This document shows positions 1 through 9,805 of a DNA stretch of 64,000 nucleotides, piece by piece (positions within the stretch are counted from its first letter, which is position 1; the number at the start of each line of letters is the position of its first letter). The notes under the pieces were generated by a model, which saw nothing but the letters and a program-made list of their open reading frames with translations, searched no databases and was not told the DNA's origin. This DNA comes from Dehalococcoidia bacterium. GTDB taxonomy: Bacteria > Chloroflexota > Dehalococcoidia > Lucifugimonadales > VXLM01. Position numbers and translations under genes: made by a program. The DNA lies in contig OY759598.1 of NCBI GenBank assembly GCA_963662435.1, positions 1,892,507-1,956,506 on the forward strand, read 5' to 3'.

Positions 1-216
1 GCGGGCATCGACCTGCAGTCCCTTGAGCCGGAGACGCTGTTGGGGCTTGGGGATGAGGTCGTCCTGAGACTTTCGAAGGAGTGCGTCCCGTGTGGTCTGA
101 TGGACGACATTCGTTCGGGACTTCAGAAGGAGTTGATGGGACGGCGTGGTATGCTGGCCGCGGTGGAAGAGGGAGGCAAGGTGGCGTTGGGCGACGCGGT
201 GAGGGTGCTCGGGTAG
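1..216 (+). CDS. MOSC-domain protein, 3' part (truncated by window edge)
   Basis: Frame 1 reads AGIDLQSLEPETLLGLGDEVVLRLSKECVPCGLMDDIRSGLQKELMGRRGMLAAVEEGGKVALGDAVRVLG*; CxPC, GRRG and GGxVxxGD are MOSC C-terminal hallmarks. Confidence 0.8.
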   Translation, partial: AGIDLQSLEPETLLGLGDEVVLRLSKECVPCGLMDDIRSGLQKELMGRRGMLAAVEEGGKVALGDAVRVLG

Positions 217-351
217 AGCCCCATGGGCGGTTTGGCAGCCCAACCCTACGTGAGTTTGGCGATGCGCTGTTTTCGTAGGAATAGTTCATAAGGGTTGTTG
301 CTCTCACCACCTGAAATGAAAAAGGGATTTTCGCCTGACAGGGTCCGAAGA

Positions 352-380
352 CTGGATTCCGGCCTCCGCCGGAATGACGG
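352..380. repeat. Palindromic repeat family A (CTGGATTCCGGC..CGCCGGAATGACGG)
   Basis: Related copies near 2403-2457, 9648-9675, 18154-18182, 31263-31290, 34841-34869, 35888-35915, 46833-46860, 47844-47870, 57420-57443, all intergenic. Confidence 0.8.
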
Positions 381-460
381 TGCGGGGGAGTTACGACGGT
401 TAATTCCGTAGCAATACCTGGTGAGGGTCGCCACCTACACCACCAATGATGGAATTCGCT

Positions 461-488
461 GTAAGGGCGATTCGCGAATCGCCCCAAC
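461..488. repeat. GTAG-type REP-like palindrome, family E (GTAxGGGCGATTCGCGAATCGCCCCTAC)
   Basis: Copies at 461-488, 2474-2497, 42645-42667, 47799-47825. Confidence 0.8.
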
Positions 489-541
489 GAGAGGTTGGCC
501 GGTGGAATTATTCATAGCAAAAACAACTTGAGGTGAATTCG

Positions 542-1594
542 TTGGCAAAATCGCAGATTTCGGGAATGGCTCAGACGGTGTTGGGGCCGGTAGACCCCTC
601 GACGCTGGGGATGACGACGACGCACGAGCATATCTTCATCGACTTCGTCTGCATGTATACGCCTCATACCGAGGCAACCTCCAAGCACCTGGGCGAGGAA
701 CAGGTGACGATGGAGAACCTTGGGTGGGTGCGATACGACCCGTTCCGCAATATTGACAATCTCGAATTGCTCGACGAGGACATGGCGATCTACGAGATCG
801 CGCTGTTCGGCCGGGCGGGCGGCGGCACGATAGTGGACGCGACGACCATCGGGATCGGCAGGGACCCGTTAGGACTGGCACGAGTTGCCCGGGCTACGGG
901 CGTGAACATCGTGATGGGGGCCGGGTACTACGTCGACATCGTGCATCCGGACGATATGGACGCCCGGTCGGAAGACGCGATCACGAAGCAGATAATCGAC
1001 GAGTTGACTGTGGGGATTGGGTCGACGGGCGTGAAGGCCGGGATCATCGGGGAGCTGGGGTGCTCGTGGCCCCTCACTGACAACGAGCGGAAGGTGTTGA
1101 GGGCGGGGGCGCGGGCGCAAAAGGAGACGGGAGCCGGAATTCTGATACATCCCGGGCGGAACCCACGGGCGCCGTTCGAGATTCTGGACATTCTGGAAGG
1201 CGCGGGGGCGGATGCCGGTCGCGTCATCATGGGGCACCTCGACCGGACGGTACACGATCCGGACACCCTGTTGGAGTATGCCAAACGAGGGTCCATGCTG
1301 GAATACGACCTGTTCGGCTGGGAGACGTCGCACTACTCGCTGGGCGCGATCGACATGCTGCACGACGGCCAGCGGCTCGACTACGTTGAGTTGCTCATTG
1401 ACGACGGTCACGTGGACAAGATCGTGCTGGCGCAGGACGTTTTCTGCAAGTCGCGCACCTACTCCTACGGTGGATACGGGTACGGGCATCTGATAGAGAA
1501 CATCGTGCCGAGGATGCGGGACCGGGGAATCCCGGAAGAGCAGATCAACCAGATCATGGTCGAGAATCCGGCGAGGGTGCTTGCGTTTGAGTGA
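542..1594 (+). CDS. Phosphotriesterase-family (PHP-like) amidohydrolase
   Basis: QTVLGPV, THEH, TIVDAT, GIIGELG, IHPG, GHLDR, AQD metal-ligand motifs; TTG start after GAGGTG RBS. Confidence 0.9.
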   Translation: MAKSQISGMAQTVLGPVDPSTLGMTTTHEHIFIDFVCMYTPHTEATSKHLGEEQVTMENLGWVRYDPFRNIDNLELLDEDMAIYEIALFGRAGGGTIVDATTIGIGRDPLGLARVARATGVNIVMGAGYYVDIVHPDDMDARSEDAITKQIIDELTVGIGSTGVKAGIIGELGCSWPLTDNERKVLRAGARAQKETGAGILIHPGRNPRAPFEILDILEGAGADAGRVIMGHLDRTVHDPDTLLEYAKRGSMLEYDLFGWETSHYSLGAIDMLHDGQRLDYVELLIDDGHVDKIVLAQDVFCKSRTYSYGGYGYGHLIENIVPRMRDRGIPEEQINQIMVENPARVLAFE

Positions 1595-1596
1595 CG

Positions 1597-1637
1597 CCCC
1601 CTCTCTGTATCTCTCCCCCGCCGAGCGGGGGAGAGAC
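1597..1637. repeat. Palindromic repeat family F (CCCCCTCTCTGTATCTCTCCCCC...GGGGGAGAGA)
   Basis: Second copy at about 21468-21501; GC-rich hairpin just after a stop codon. Confidence 0.6.
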
Positions 1638-1715
1638 TGTTGAACCTCATGCTTTGAGTATGATGGCACAACCGAGCGTGTGAGACCGTTACAACTACCT
1701 CTCCAGGAGCAACAC

Positions 1716-2180
1716 ATGACGACTGAGGACAGACTCAAGGAACTTGGCATCGAGCTGCCGTCTCCGCAGGCGCCGGCGGCGAACTATGTCCCCGCAGTGC
1801 GGACGGGGAATCTCTTGTATCTTGCAGGCGTGGGGCCTGCGAAGCGGGCGGACGGCACGACGCCAACCGGCAAGGTGGGCGCGGAGCTGACGAAGGAAGA
1901 GGGGTATGAGGCGGCGCGGCTGGTGTGCCTGAATATCATTTCCCGGATGAGAGCGGAGCTTGGAGACCTGGACCGCGTGGTGCGGGTCGTGAAGCTGCTG
2001 GGGATGGTGAACGCGACTGCGGACTTCACCGAGCATCCCGCGGTGATAAACGGGTGCTCGGACATGCTGGTCGAGGTATTCGGCGAGCGGGGCAAGCACG
2101 CGCGGTCGGCAGTAGGAATGCAGAGTCTGCCGTTCGGAATTTCGGTGGAGATCGAGGCGATCGTCGAAGTCGCGGACTAG
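1716..2180 (+). CDS. RidA/YjgF family protein
   Basis: RLKELGIELP, AANYVPAV, VVKLLGMVN, NGCSD, GKHARSAVG, VEIE; AGGAG RBS. Confidence 0.92.
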   Translation: MTTEDRLKELGIELPSPQAPAANYVPAVRTGNLLYLAGVGPAKRADGTTPTGKVGAELTKEEGYEAARLVCLNIISRMRAELGDLDRVVRVVKLLGMVNATADFTEHPAVINGCSDMLVEVFGERGKHARSAVGMQSLPFGISVEIEAIVEVAD

Positions 2181-2267
2181 GCAGTGTTGAGGTTTTCGTT
2201 TATTCCACTACTCTTTGTCTCTCCGAGTGAAGCGTGGAATTTGAAATCTGTGACTGCGCGACGATTT

Positions 2268-2304
2268 AGATTCTTCGCTCCGCTCCGCTACGTTCAGAAT
2301 GACA
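2268..2304. repeat. Palindromic repeat family D (AGATTCTTCGCT..CGCTCAGAATGACA)
   Basis: Copies at 2268-2304, 15401-15437, 18873-18910 (inverted, paired with 19020-19046), 21508-21539. Confidence 0.8.
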
Positions 2305-2530
2305 GGATGTCGACACAGCCTCGTGGTCACGAGTATGCCAAGTACGCTCGACCCTGCTTGACGATCAGTCCTACCACAGGCTGTCGCTTGGGTACGGGGG
2401 AATGGATTCCCGCCCCGTATTGGGGTACGGGGTGACGTTCCTTCGCTGGAATGACGGTCTGGGGTTGGCGGCGGGGCGATTCGCGATTCGCCACTACGGG
2501 TGATTGGACGGAGGTGTTGGAGGAATGCGA

Positions 2531-2556
2531 CCCTTCGACGGGCTCAGGGTGAACGG
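2531..2556. repeat. Palindromic repeat family B (CCCTTCGACAxGCTCAGGGxGAACGG)
   Basis: Copies at 2531, 14203, 21229, 34880; inverted doublets at about 23194-23248, 28011-28077, 42103-42160, 44040-44108. Confidence 0.85.
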
Positions 2557-2604
2557 GGGCCTTCAATGAGCTTATTCGAGGGCGAATTTGTATGCTGCTA
2601 AGGT

Positions 2605-2633
2605 TTGACAAGTGACGGATGTCTTCCTATAAT
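2605..2633 (+). promoter_or_regulatory. Consensus sigma70 promoter, probably giving a leaderless padR transcript
   Basis: TTGACA (2605-2610), 17-nt spacer, TATAAT (2628-2633); ATG at 2641 lies 7 nt downstream with no SD. Confidence 0.8.
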
Positions 2634-2640
2634 TCGGCGC

Positions 2641-3000
2641 ATGAGAAGGAAACAGGGCACACTACTACCAATTGAAATATCGATTCTGGATTCCGGGCTG
2701 CAGCTTCATACCCAGCAGGTGGGTGAGTTTTACGGGTTCCTGATTGCGAAAGAGCTCACGGAGCGGGAAGGCGCGCGGAAGCTCACGGCATATGGGACGC
2801 TGTACAAGGCGCTTTCGAGGATGGAAGCGCAGGGTCTTCTCACGAGTCGCTGGGAGGACCAAGAGAACGCTGCTAAGAGCGGCCGGCCGAGGCGCAGACT
2901 GTACCAGGTAACGACGGCCGGACAGAACGCATTGCTTGCAGTCCGTACGCAGGCCGGTCTGGCGGCTGCCACAGGACGACGGGAACTAGTGACCTCCTAA
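2641..3000 (+). CDS. PadR-family transcriptional regulator
   Basis: YGFLIAKEL, GTLYKALSRME..GLLTSRWE, GRPRRRLYQVT..G winged-helix motifs. Confidence 0.9.
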   Translation: MRRKQGTLLPIEISILDSGLQLHTQQVGEFYGFLIAKELTEREGARKLTAYGTLYKALSRMEAQGLLTSRWEDQENAAKSGRPRRRLYQVTTAGQNALLAVRTQAGLAAATGRRELVTS

Positions 3001-3001
3001 C

Positions 3002-4423
3002 ATGAAGCCATCAAGGCTACCCTTTGCCGCTCGCTTTGTTCGCTGGTGGACACGGGCCTATACCTTTGGCCTTCCATTGCAAGACCGCGACGCCCGCGTT
3101 GCGGAGATCGAGTCGGACACCTGGGAGCAATTCGACTTCGCTCAAAAGTCCGGCAGTTCGAATCGCTTAGTAGCTCTGCACGTGGTTGCCAGACTGTTGC
3201 TCGGCATTCCGATGGATCTGACATGGCGGATTTCGCAGATCGGAGCGGAGTGGTACGCCCTTGAGAGCGGGGCGAGTTCTGCGATACAAAGGGGAAGCAG
3301 GGCGCTTCGTCCGCTACTAAGGAGCAAGCTTGGCGTAGGCACGCTCGCGGTCGGCGCAGCCGTGTTGCTTACGGCAGCATCCTGGACGGCGATTCGAGAC
3401 CAGGGAATCCTCGGCGACAGGGTCGACACTTCCCTCGTGGGCATTGGGCTCTCCGAACTCGATTCACTGCTGTACGACACCGACCTGCCGCGAATCCAGC
3501 TGTCCGCCCACGTTCCGCACATGGCGGTCAAGGCAAGGGCGAAACGGGGCGATACGGTGACCACACTCGAAGACGGGAGGATACTGGTCGTCGGTGACCT
3601 GTCCAGCCCCGGCACTTGGAACGGCTCGCGCATTTACAGTCCCGTTAAGGGCGTCTGGCAATCGACTGCCTACCTGGCCGACAAGCGGCTGTGGCACACT
3701 TCGACACTGCTGTGGGACGGAAGGGTGCTCATCACGGGTGGCCGAAAAGTGTCAGGTGAGGTGATTCACACGGTGGAACTGTTCGATCCGGAGGACGACT
3801 CGTGGACATCGACGAGCGTCATGCACCGGGGACGGGTCTTCCACGCCTCCGCTCTGCTCAATGACGGCCGGGTACTGGTACTCGGCGGATTCGACAATGG
3901 TCGGCGGACCATGTCATCGACGGAGATCTACGATCCCGTAACCCAGGAATGGAGTTTGGCGGCGGACATGCTCGAGGCGCGTTCGTTCCCCACGGCCTCT
4001 GTGCTTCAGGATGGCCGAGTGCTGGTCATCGGAGGGAGCCATACCGGCGCAGGACCGGCGGCAATGCGAAAAACGGCGGAGATCTACGATCCCAGGACGG
4101 ACACATGGGCACCGGCAGGCCAGATAGAGACCAGTCGTGCCGGTCACTCCGCAACGCTATTGAGGGACGGTCGCGTCCTGGTGGTAGGCGGCGCGGGTCC
4201 GGCCTCTACCATTGCACAAGCGGAGATTTACCACCCTGAGCAAAATGTGTGGTCGAGGGCCGGCAGCCTGACGCTGTCGAGGACCGACCACTCCGCCCAG
4301 ATGATGTCGGACGGGCGGGTGATAGTAGCGGGAGGTTGGGGAAATGATGGGAGTGCCGGGCACGTGGTGGAGATATTCGATCCGCGTGTCGGCACATGGC
4401 TGACGATGGCAGTCTCGCCTTAG
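3002..4423 (+). CDS. Membrane-anchored Kelch-repeat beta-propeller protein
   Basis: About six R..H.ATLL.DGRVLV.GG...EIYDP...W repeats after a TM segment; N-terminal PadR-partner-like domain. Confidence 0.85.
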   Translation: MKPSRLPFAARFVRWWTRAYTFGLPLQDRDARVAEIESDTWEQFDFAQKSGSSNRLVALHVVARLLLGIPMDLTWRISQIGAEWYALESGASSAIQRGSRALRPLLRSKLGVGTLAVGAAVLLTAASWTAIRDQGILGDRVDTSLVGIGLSELDSLLYDTDLPRIQLSAHVPHMAVKARAKRGDTVTTLEDGRILVVGDLSSPGTWNGSRIYSPVKGVWQSTAYLADKRLWHTSTLLWDGRVLITGGRKVSGEVIHTVELFDPEDDSWTSTSVMHRGRVFHASALLNDGRVLVLGGFDNGRRTMSSTEIYDPVTQEWSLAADMLEARSFPTASVLQDGRVLVIGGSHTGAGPAAMRKTAEIYDPRTDTWAPAGQIETSRAGHSATLLRDGRVLVVGGAGPASTIAQAEIYHPEQNVWSRAGSLTLSRTDHSAQMMSDGRVIVAGGWGNDGSAGHVVEIFDPRVGTWLTMAVSP

Positions 4424-4580
4424 ACCAATCAGTGTCTCGCACATACGGCAGGTCGGAAAGCGGCGAGGCGCGTTCCAAGCGATTGCACATATGCCGTCCT
4501 TTGTCCAATAATGGTAGAGGTACGGCATTTCACGATGAGAAAAATAGACTTCTCAATGGCGCTGGTTAAATGGAGGAGAA

Positions 4581-5543
4581 ATGGCAAGCATGAAGACGGT
4601 TGAAGATGTCAGGGATGTCGCGACAGGCATCCGAGAGAACGTTCAGAAAATCATTGTAGGAAAAGACGACGCGATAAACCTCGCGCTGGTGGCGCTTCTC
4701 TGTAAGGGACACGCCCTGCTCGAGGACGTGCCCGGCACGGGGAAGACGACGATGGCCAAGGCACTTGCCCAGTCGCTAGGATGCGACTTTCAACGGATCC
4801 AGTGCACGCCCGACCTGATGCCCTCCGACGTGCTGGGAGTCAACTTCTATAACCAGAAGTTGGGCGAGTTCGAGTTTCGCCAGGGGCCGGTGTTCAGTCA
4901 GATCATCCTGACGGACGAGATAAACCGCGCCACGCCTCGAACCCAGTCGTCGCTCCTCGAGGCGATGCAGGAGCGCCAAGCGACTATCGACGGTGACAGC
5001 ATGACGCTTCCGGAGCCGTTCATGGTGATGGCGACGCAGAACCCGGTGGAAATGGAGGGCACGTTCCCGTTGCCGGAGGCGCAGCTTGACCGATTCATGG
5101 TCCGCATCGTCATCGGGTATCCCACACCGGAGGAAGAAGGGCTGATCTACAAGCGGTTCGAGGACGATCCAGTGCCTCCGGCCGTGAGCCCTGTGACCAA
5201 TTCGGCAGACCTGGAAGCTCTGCAGGGCGTCCCGCCTAGGGTGAGAATGGACGACACCGTTCGCACTTACATCGTTAACCTGATAACGAGCACACGCGAC
5301 AACGCGGGCCTTTCCCTCGGCGCGAGTCCTCGAGCGGGCCTGGCTCTATACAAGGCGTCACAGGCATGGGCGGCCCTGGAGGGACGAGACTTCGTTACTC
5401 CAGACGACGTGAAGCTGCTGGCACGCTCGGTATTGCCGCATCGACTCATCCTAAGCTCCGCGGCGCGGCTGCGTGGCAATAGCCCCGACCAGATCATCGA
5501 CGACGTGCTGGATACGGTCGCGGTCCCAATCGAAAGGCAATAG
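4581..5543 (+). CDS. moxR: MoxR-family AAA+ ATPase
   Basis: LLEDVPGTGKT, RIQCTPDLMPSD, DEINRA, ATQNP, FPLPEAQLDRF, GASPRA. Confidence 0.95.
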   Translation: MASMKTVEDVRDVATGIRENVQKIIVGKDDAINLALVALLCKGHALLEDVPGTGKTTMAKALAQSLGCDFQRIQCTPDLMPSDVLGVNFYNQKLGEFEFRQGPVFSQIILTDEINRATPRTQSSLLEAMQERQATIDGDSMTLPEPFMVMATQNPVEMEGTFPLPEAQLDRFMVRIVIGYPTPEEEGLIYKRFEDDPVPPAVSPVTNSADLEALQGVPPRVRMDDTVRTYIVNLITSTRDNAGLSLGASPRAGLALYKASQAWAALEGRDFVTPDDVKLLARSVLPHRLILSSAARLRGNSPDQIIDDVLDTVAVPIERQ

Positions 5544-5544
5544 T

Positions 5545-6927
5545 GTGGCGACGACTCAGGTCGAGCCGCAAGACCCGATCGTAACGGTCTCAAGCGACCG
5601 TACTTGGCAGACGCTGTGGACGGCCTTCTTCGGGGTCTTGTTGGTGGCAAGCATAATCTTCGGTCATGCTCTAGGCATCGCCTTTGGGCTAATGGGTCTC
5701 GTCGCAATCGGGACGGCCCGCTTCTGGAACCGCGTGGCGCTTCAGAAGCTCACCTACGAGCGAAGGTTCCCGCAGGAGCGGGCGTTCTTCGGTGATGACA
5801 TCTACATGGACCTGGTGCTGACGAACCGCAAGCCGATCCCGCTGGCGTGGCTGAACGTCGACGACGAACTGCCAACGGGGATTACCCCCGCAAGCGCATC
5901 GCTCCGACGAAACCTGACATCCGGCATCGACAGCCTGAGTCATGCGACCGCCATGGCGTGGTACGAGAGGATCCGCTGGCGGTATCGCGTGGACGTGGTG
6001 GGTAGAGGCGAGTACCACATCGGCCCTGCGAGGATGGAGAGCGGCGACCCTTTCGGGTTCTTCAGGAGCCGAAAGATCGTCACCCACCGGGACACGCTAG
6101 TCGTCTATCCCAAGGTGTATCCACTGGAAGATCTCGGCATTCCACCCGCGCGGCCGCTGGGCGACATTCGCGGAGGGCTTGAGATTTTCCCCGATCCGTC
6201 GAGACCGGCGGGAATCCGGGAATACGTCCGAGGCGACCCCCTCAAGACCATCGACTGGAAGTCCACGGCCAAGCAGCAGCGACTGATGGTGAGAACGTTC
6301 GAGCCGAGTTCGAGCCACACGGTGATAATCGCGGCGGCGGTGGATACCATGGAACCGTACTGGCTCTCCCTGAGTCCGGACGACCTGGAGCGGGTGATTT
6401 CGATAGCGGCGTCGATGGCGCTGTACATATCAAACCGGCAATACAGCATGGGACTCTTCTCCAATGACATGCCGGTACTCAGCGAACGGTCGATGACGGT
6501 GCCTCCGAGCTCGGAGCCGGAGCACCTGCACACGATACTGACTGCGCTGGCCCTCACGAGGCCGTTCGCACCCAGCGCGATGTCGAGCGCCCTGCTCGAA
6601 CAGTCACGCAAGTTCCCCTTCGGTTCCACGATAGTGCTGTGTACCAACATCATTACCGAAAACCTCCTGCTGGCGATATCCGAGCTTAAGCGGCGGGGGT
6701 TCCGATTCACCGTGTTGTATACAGGTTCGGATGAGGTGGAGAACCCGCCTCCCGAGGTGATCTATTATGAGATCCGGGAGCACATAGACCGCCTTGAGGC
6801 GGAAGAGCGCGAGCGGAAGGAACGGGCCGCAGCCAGCGAGGACGGTGAAGAGACCGAAGAGGTCGAAGAGACCGTGTGGGACAGGCTCAAGGAAACGGTA
6901 GTCGGCACGGGGGACGAAGCGGAATGA
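5545..6927 (+). CDS. DUF58 domain protein
   Basis: N-terminal TMs, RGEY..G, GDPFG, GIREYVRGDPLKTIDWKSTA; follows moxR. Confidence 0.9.
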   Translation: MATTQVEPQDPIVTVSSDRTWQTLWTAFFGVLLVASIIFGHALGIAFGLMGLVAIGTARFWNRVALQKLTYERRFPQERAFFGDDIYMDLVLTNRKPIPLAWLNVDDELPTGITPASASLRRNLTSGIDSLSHATAMAWYERIRWRYRVDVVGRGEYHIGPARMESGDPFGFFRSRKIVTHRDTLVVYPKVYPLEDLGIPPARPLGDIRGGLEIFPDPSRPAGIREYVRGDPLKTIDWKSTAKQQRLMVRTFEPSSSHTVIIAAAVDTMEPYWLSLSPDDLERVISIAASMALYISNRQYSMGLFSNDMPVLSERSMTVPPSSEPEHLHTILTALALTRPFAPSAMSSALLEQSRKFPFGSTIVLCTNIITENLLLAISELKRRGFRFTVLYTGSDEVENPPPEVIYYEIREHIDRLEAEERERKERAAASEDGEETEEVEETVWDRLKETVVGTGDEAE

Positions 6928-8624
6928 CCCTGACGCGGGAGAGGCTGACCTTCATCACACTTGTGGTCTCGGAGTCCGCGTGGCTATTCGCGTTCATCTC
7001 CATACTGGGTGTGGCCGCGGGCGCTTCCGGCAGCCCCATCAGTTTCTTTGCCATTCTGGGCCTACTCGGCCTATCGACCTTCCTGTACAGCTACATACGC
7101 CGAAAGGAGTTCAAGGCGTTCGAGCTCTTCTACTTCGGCGCAACGGCACTGGGACTGGTGCTTGCCTACCTGGTCGTTGCGGCGGCGTATTTCGATAGTG
7201 AACCCTTCACATTAGACTGGATCTTCAAGGTCACCGACTCGACGATTAAGCCGCAGGGGCAAACGTTCCAAGGAGTGGCGGGCGGGATCCTGGCCGTCGG
7301 AATGTGGTTCCGCGGGATACGGCTATCCATGGTGCCCTACCCCGAGAAGAGCCTCACGATAAGCTTCCGGATGGGGCTGTTCTTCATCGGCTTTGCGGCC
7401 ATCATGGACATTCTTGTCGAGCAGGAGCTGAATGTCTTTGCGATGGTGCTCATATTCTTCGGTTCGGGGCTTGCAGGGCTGAACATCGGGCACCTGGTTC
7501 CGGAGACGTCGACGTCGGCCGAAACGAAGACGTGGCCCAAGGTGATCGGCCTGGCGGTGGTCGTCGTGGTCATAGTTGGCGCGATGTTCGGCTTCCTGCA
7601 GCAGAGCTTCCTCGAGTGGCTCACCTCGCCCATCAAATTTGTCTTTGACAGGATAGTTGAGGGCGTGCTCCTCATCATCGGTGTGCCGCTGGTGTTGGGC
7701 CTGGAAGTCATCAACACCGCCATGGCAGCGTTCTTCGGGCGGGAAGGCCCGATGGACGTCATACCGGACGCGTCCGCAACTCCGACGCCGACGCCGGGAG
7801 CCCGCGTGGAATTTGAAGGCGGGGGCAGCGGCGGCGATATACAAGTCCCGAAAGTCCTGGAAGACTTCACGCAGGTAGTACGGTATGGACTGGTAGTCGC
7901 CGCGTTGGTGGTGGCCGGCCTATTCCTGTACGTCCTCATGAGAAGGATAGGACGGAAGCTCAGGAAGAAAGATGAGGCGGAGCGTGAGTCGATACTCGAT
8001 GAGATGAACTTCGGGTCGGATATCGGGGACCTGTTCTCCGATCTTCTGTCGAATGTCACGGACCTCTTCAAGGGCGCGGCGCGAAAGGTGTTCCGTCTGC
8101 CGGACGGCCCTCCCGGCGTGGTGGAAGCCCTGCGGCTGTACTACCAGATGATAACGACGGCCGAGCAGAATGAGGTCGCCCGTCCGGAACACTACACGCC
8201 GAACGAGTTTCGCAGGGGCCTGAGAAGCGTATTCCCCAATGAGCTGGTCGATCCGGCGACAGAAGCGTTCAACCGGGCGCAATATGGGGACATACCTGCC
8301 ACGAACGAGGAGATAGCGAAGATGCGCGCCTCGTTCCGGGTTGAAAAGCAGGTGGAGGCCGGTCCACAGACCCAGGCCGGAACGCGGAAGCCCAAATTGG
8401 GCAGCGGCGCGCTGGGCCGGGAAGCCCGGTTCGAGACGATAACCTCCGAGATTATCGACGACCCACTGGCGCGCCAGCGGGCGCGGTTCGATAGCCCATC
8501 TCTCACGGAGAGGAACTGGTTTACGGGGATGATGGGCGTGTTGGTTGCCTGTGGCGGGATTATCCTGTTCTCGATCGTCGCGGCGGTCATTTTTGGGTTG
8601 GTGGTCTTCATCGGCGGAGCGTAG
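6924..8624 (+). CDS. Multi-pass membrane protein with DUF4129 domain
   Basis: Many TMs; RLYYQM..ARPEHYTPNEF..TEAFNRAQYG motif; ATGA overlap with the DUF58 gene. Confidence 0.8.
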   Translation: MTLTRERLTFITLVVSESAWLFAFISILGVAAGASGSPISFFAILGLLGLSTFLYSYIRRKEFKAFELFYFGATALGLVLAYLVVAAAYFDSEPFTLDWIFKVTDSTIKPQGQTFQGVAGGILAVGMWFRGIRLSMVPYPEKSLTISFRMGLFFIGFAAIMDILVEQELNVFAMVLIFFGSGLAGLNIGHLVPETSTSAETKTWPKVIGLAVVVVVIVGAMFGFLQQSFLEWLTSPIKFVFDRIVEGVLLIIGVPLVLGLEVINTAMAAFFGREGPMDVIPDASATPTPTPGARVEFEGGGSGGDIQVPKVLEDFTQVVRYGLVVAALVVAGLFLYVLMRRIGRKLRKKDEAERESILDEMNFGSDIGDLFSDLLSNVTDLFKGAARKVFRLPDGPPGVVEALRLYYQMITTAEQNEVARPEHYTPNEFRRGLRSVFPNELVDPATEAFNRAQYGDIPATNEEIAKMRASFRVEKQVEAGPQTQAGTRKPKLGSGALGREARFETITSEIIDDPLARQRARFDSPSLTERNWFTGMMGVLVACGGIILFSIVAAVIFGLVVFIGGA

Positions 8625-8837
8625 CTCGGCCAGTGAAGAGTCAGCTGAAGAAGAACAAGGACTACGATAGCCTATACCACGAAGACGAGAGTTTCGCGGG
8701 CCGCTTCAAGTACGTGGCTATAGGATGCGGCGGGGCTCTCCTTTTCGTCGCGCTCTCCATCGTCGGACTGTTCTTCATAGTCATAATTTTCGGGTTGGGC
8801 GGCACACGTTGACGGAGACCCACAGCTCAGTGCGACC

Positions 8838-9599
8838 ATGACGCTTGACGACAAGACCTGTCTCATTACGGGAGCCGGCAGCGGCATAGGAAGAGCCACG
8901 GCCCTACGATTTGCATCAGAGGGTGCGGACGTCCGGCTTGTCGGCAGGACTCCGTCAAAAGTCGAGGCGGTGTGCGCTGAGGTTATCGAGGCGGGCGGCA
9001 AGGCTGAGGCTTACGGCGTGGACGTGGCGGACCGCGAGGGAGTGTTCGGGGTCGTTGCCGAGATTGAGCGCGAACGCGGCGCCGTAGACGTGCTGGTGAA
9101 CAACGCAGGGCACAGCTCACCGCATCGCAGGCTGCTTTCGACTCCTCCTGACGAGATCGCGTCAGTGATTAACTCGAACCTCCTCGGCAGCATCTACTGT
9201 GCACAGGCAGTGATGCCGGCGATGCTGGAACGCGACAGCGGGACCATCGTCAACGTCTCCTCCATTGCAGGGTTGTCGCCGGGCCTGCTGGGCGGGATGA
9301 TCTACTCGGCGGTAAAGGCAGCCGTCATCAACTTTACGGGTCACCTCAACGAGGAATTCAAGGACACCAACGTCCGGGCAAGCGTGGTGATTCCGGGCGA
9401 GATCTCGACTCCCCTGCTGGACAAGCGGCCCGTTCCACCTAGCGCGGAGGCGCGGTCTACCATGACCAGCGCGGATGACGTGGCGGCGGCCATCGCCCTC
9501 ATTGCCGGGCTGCCGCAGAACAGCTCCATACCGGAGCTTGTGATTCGTCCGACACGGCATCGCGACTTCTCCGACGAATTGACGGAGGCGTGGGGATAG
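8838..9599 (+). CDS. SDR-family oxidoreductase
   Basis: TGAGSGIG, VNNAG, NVSS, YSAVK. Confidence 0.93.
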   Translation: MTLDDKTCLITGAGSGIGRATALRFASEGADVRLVGRTPSKVEAVCAEVIEAGGKAEAYGVDVADREGVFGVVAEIERERGAVDVLVNNAGHSSPHRRLLSTPPDEIASVINSNLLGSIYCAQAVMPAMLERDSGTIVNVSSIAGLSPGLLGGMIYSAVKAAVINFTGHLNEEFKDTNVRASVVIPGEISTPLLDKRPVPPSAEARSTMTSADDVAAAIALIAGLPQNSSIPELVIRPTRHRDFSDELTEAWG

Positions 9600-9608
9600 T
9601 TCAACGAG

Positions 9609-9717
9609 TAACTGTTCAGAGTTGATGAGAGGAACCCTCTCCCCCTGTGGATATCCGCTTTCGCAGGTATGGCGGTGGCAGTGTGTGTTGAGCGCTCTCA
9701 CGAAGTCTGAACAGTTA
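9609..9717. mobile_element. MITE-like element with 23-bp imperfect terminal inverted repeats
   Basis: TAACTGTTCAGAGTTGATGAGAG (9609-9631) versus the reverse complement of 9695-9717 match at 20/23; contains a family A palindrome. Confidence 0.6.
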
Positions 9718-9805
9718 ATTTAATGAGCGCCCGTTGTCATTCACATAAAGCTGCGGTAGACTTCAAAGCAATAGACCCCAAACCAGATGAGGAGTACTCC
9801 CTCAA

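Noticed and set aside
2184..2611. Short ORFs in the repeat-rich spacer
   Set aside because: They are translations of palindromic repeat sequence
4581..8624. MoxR-DUF58-DUF4129 operon as novel
   Set aside because: Common conserved arrangement
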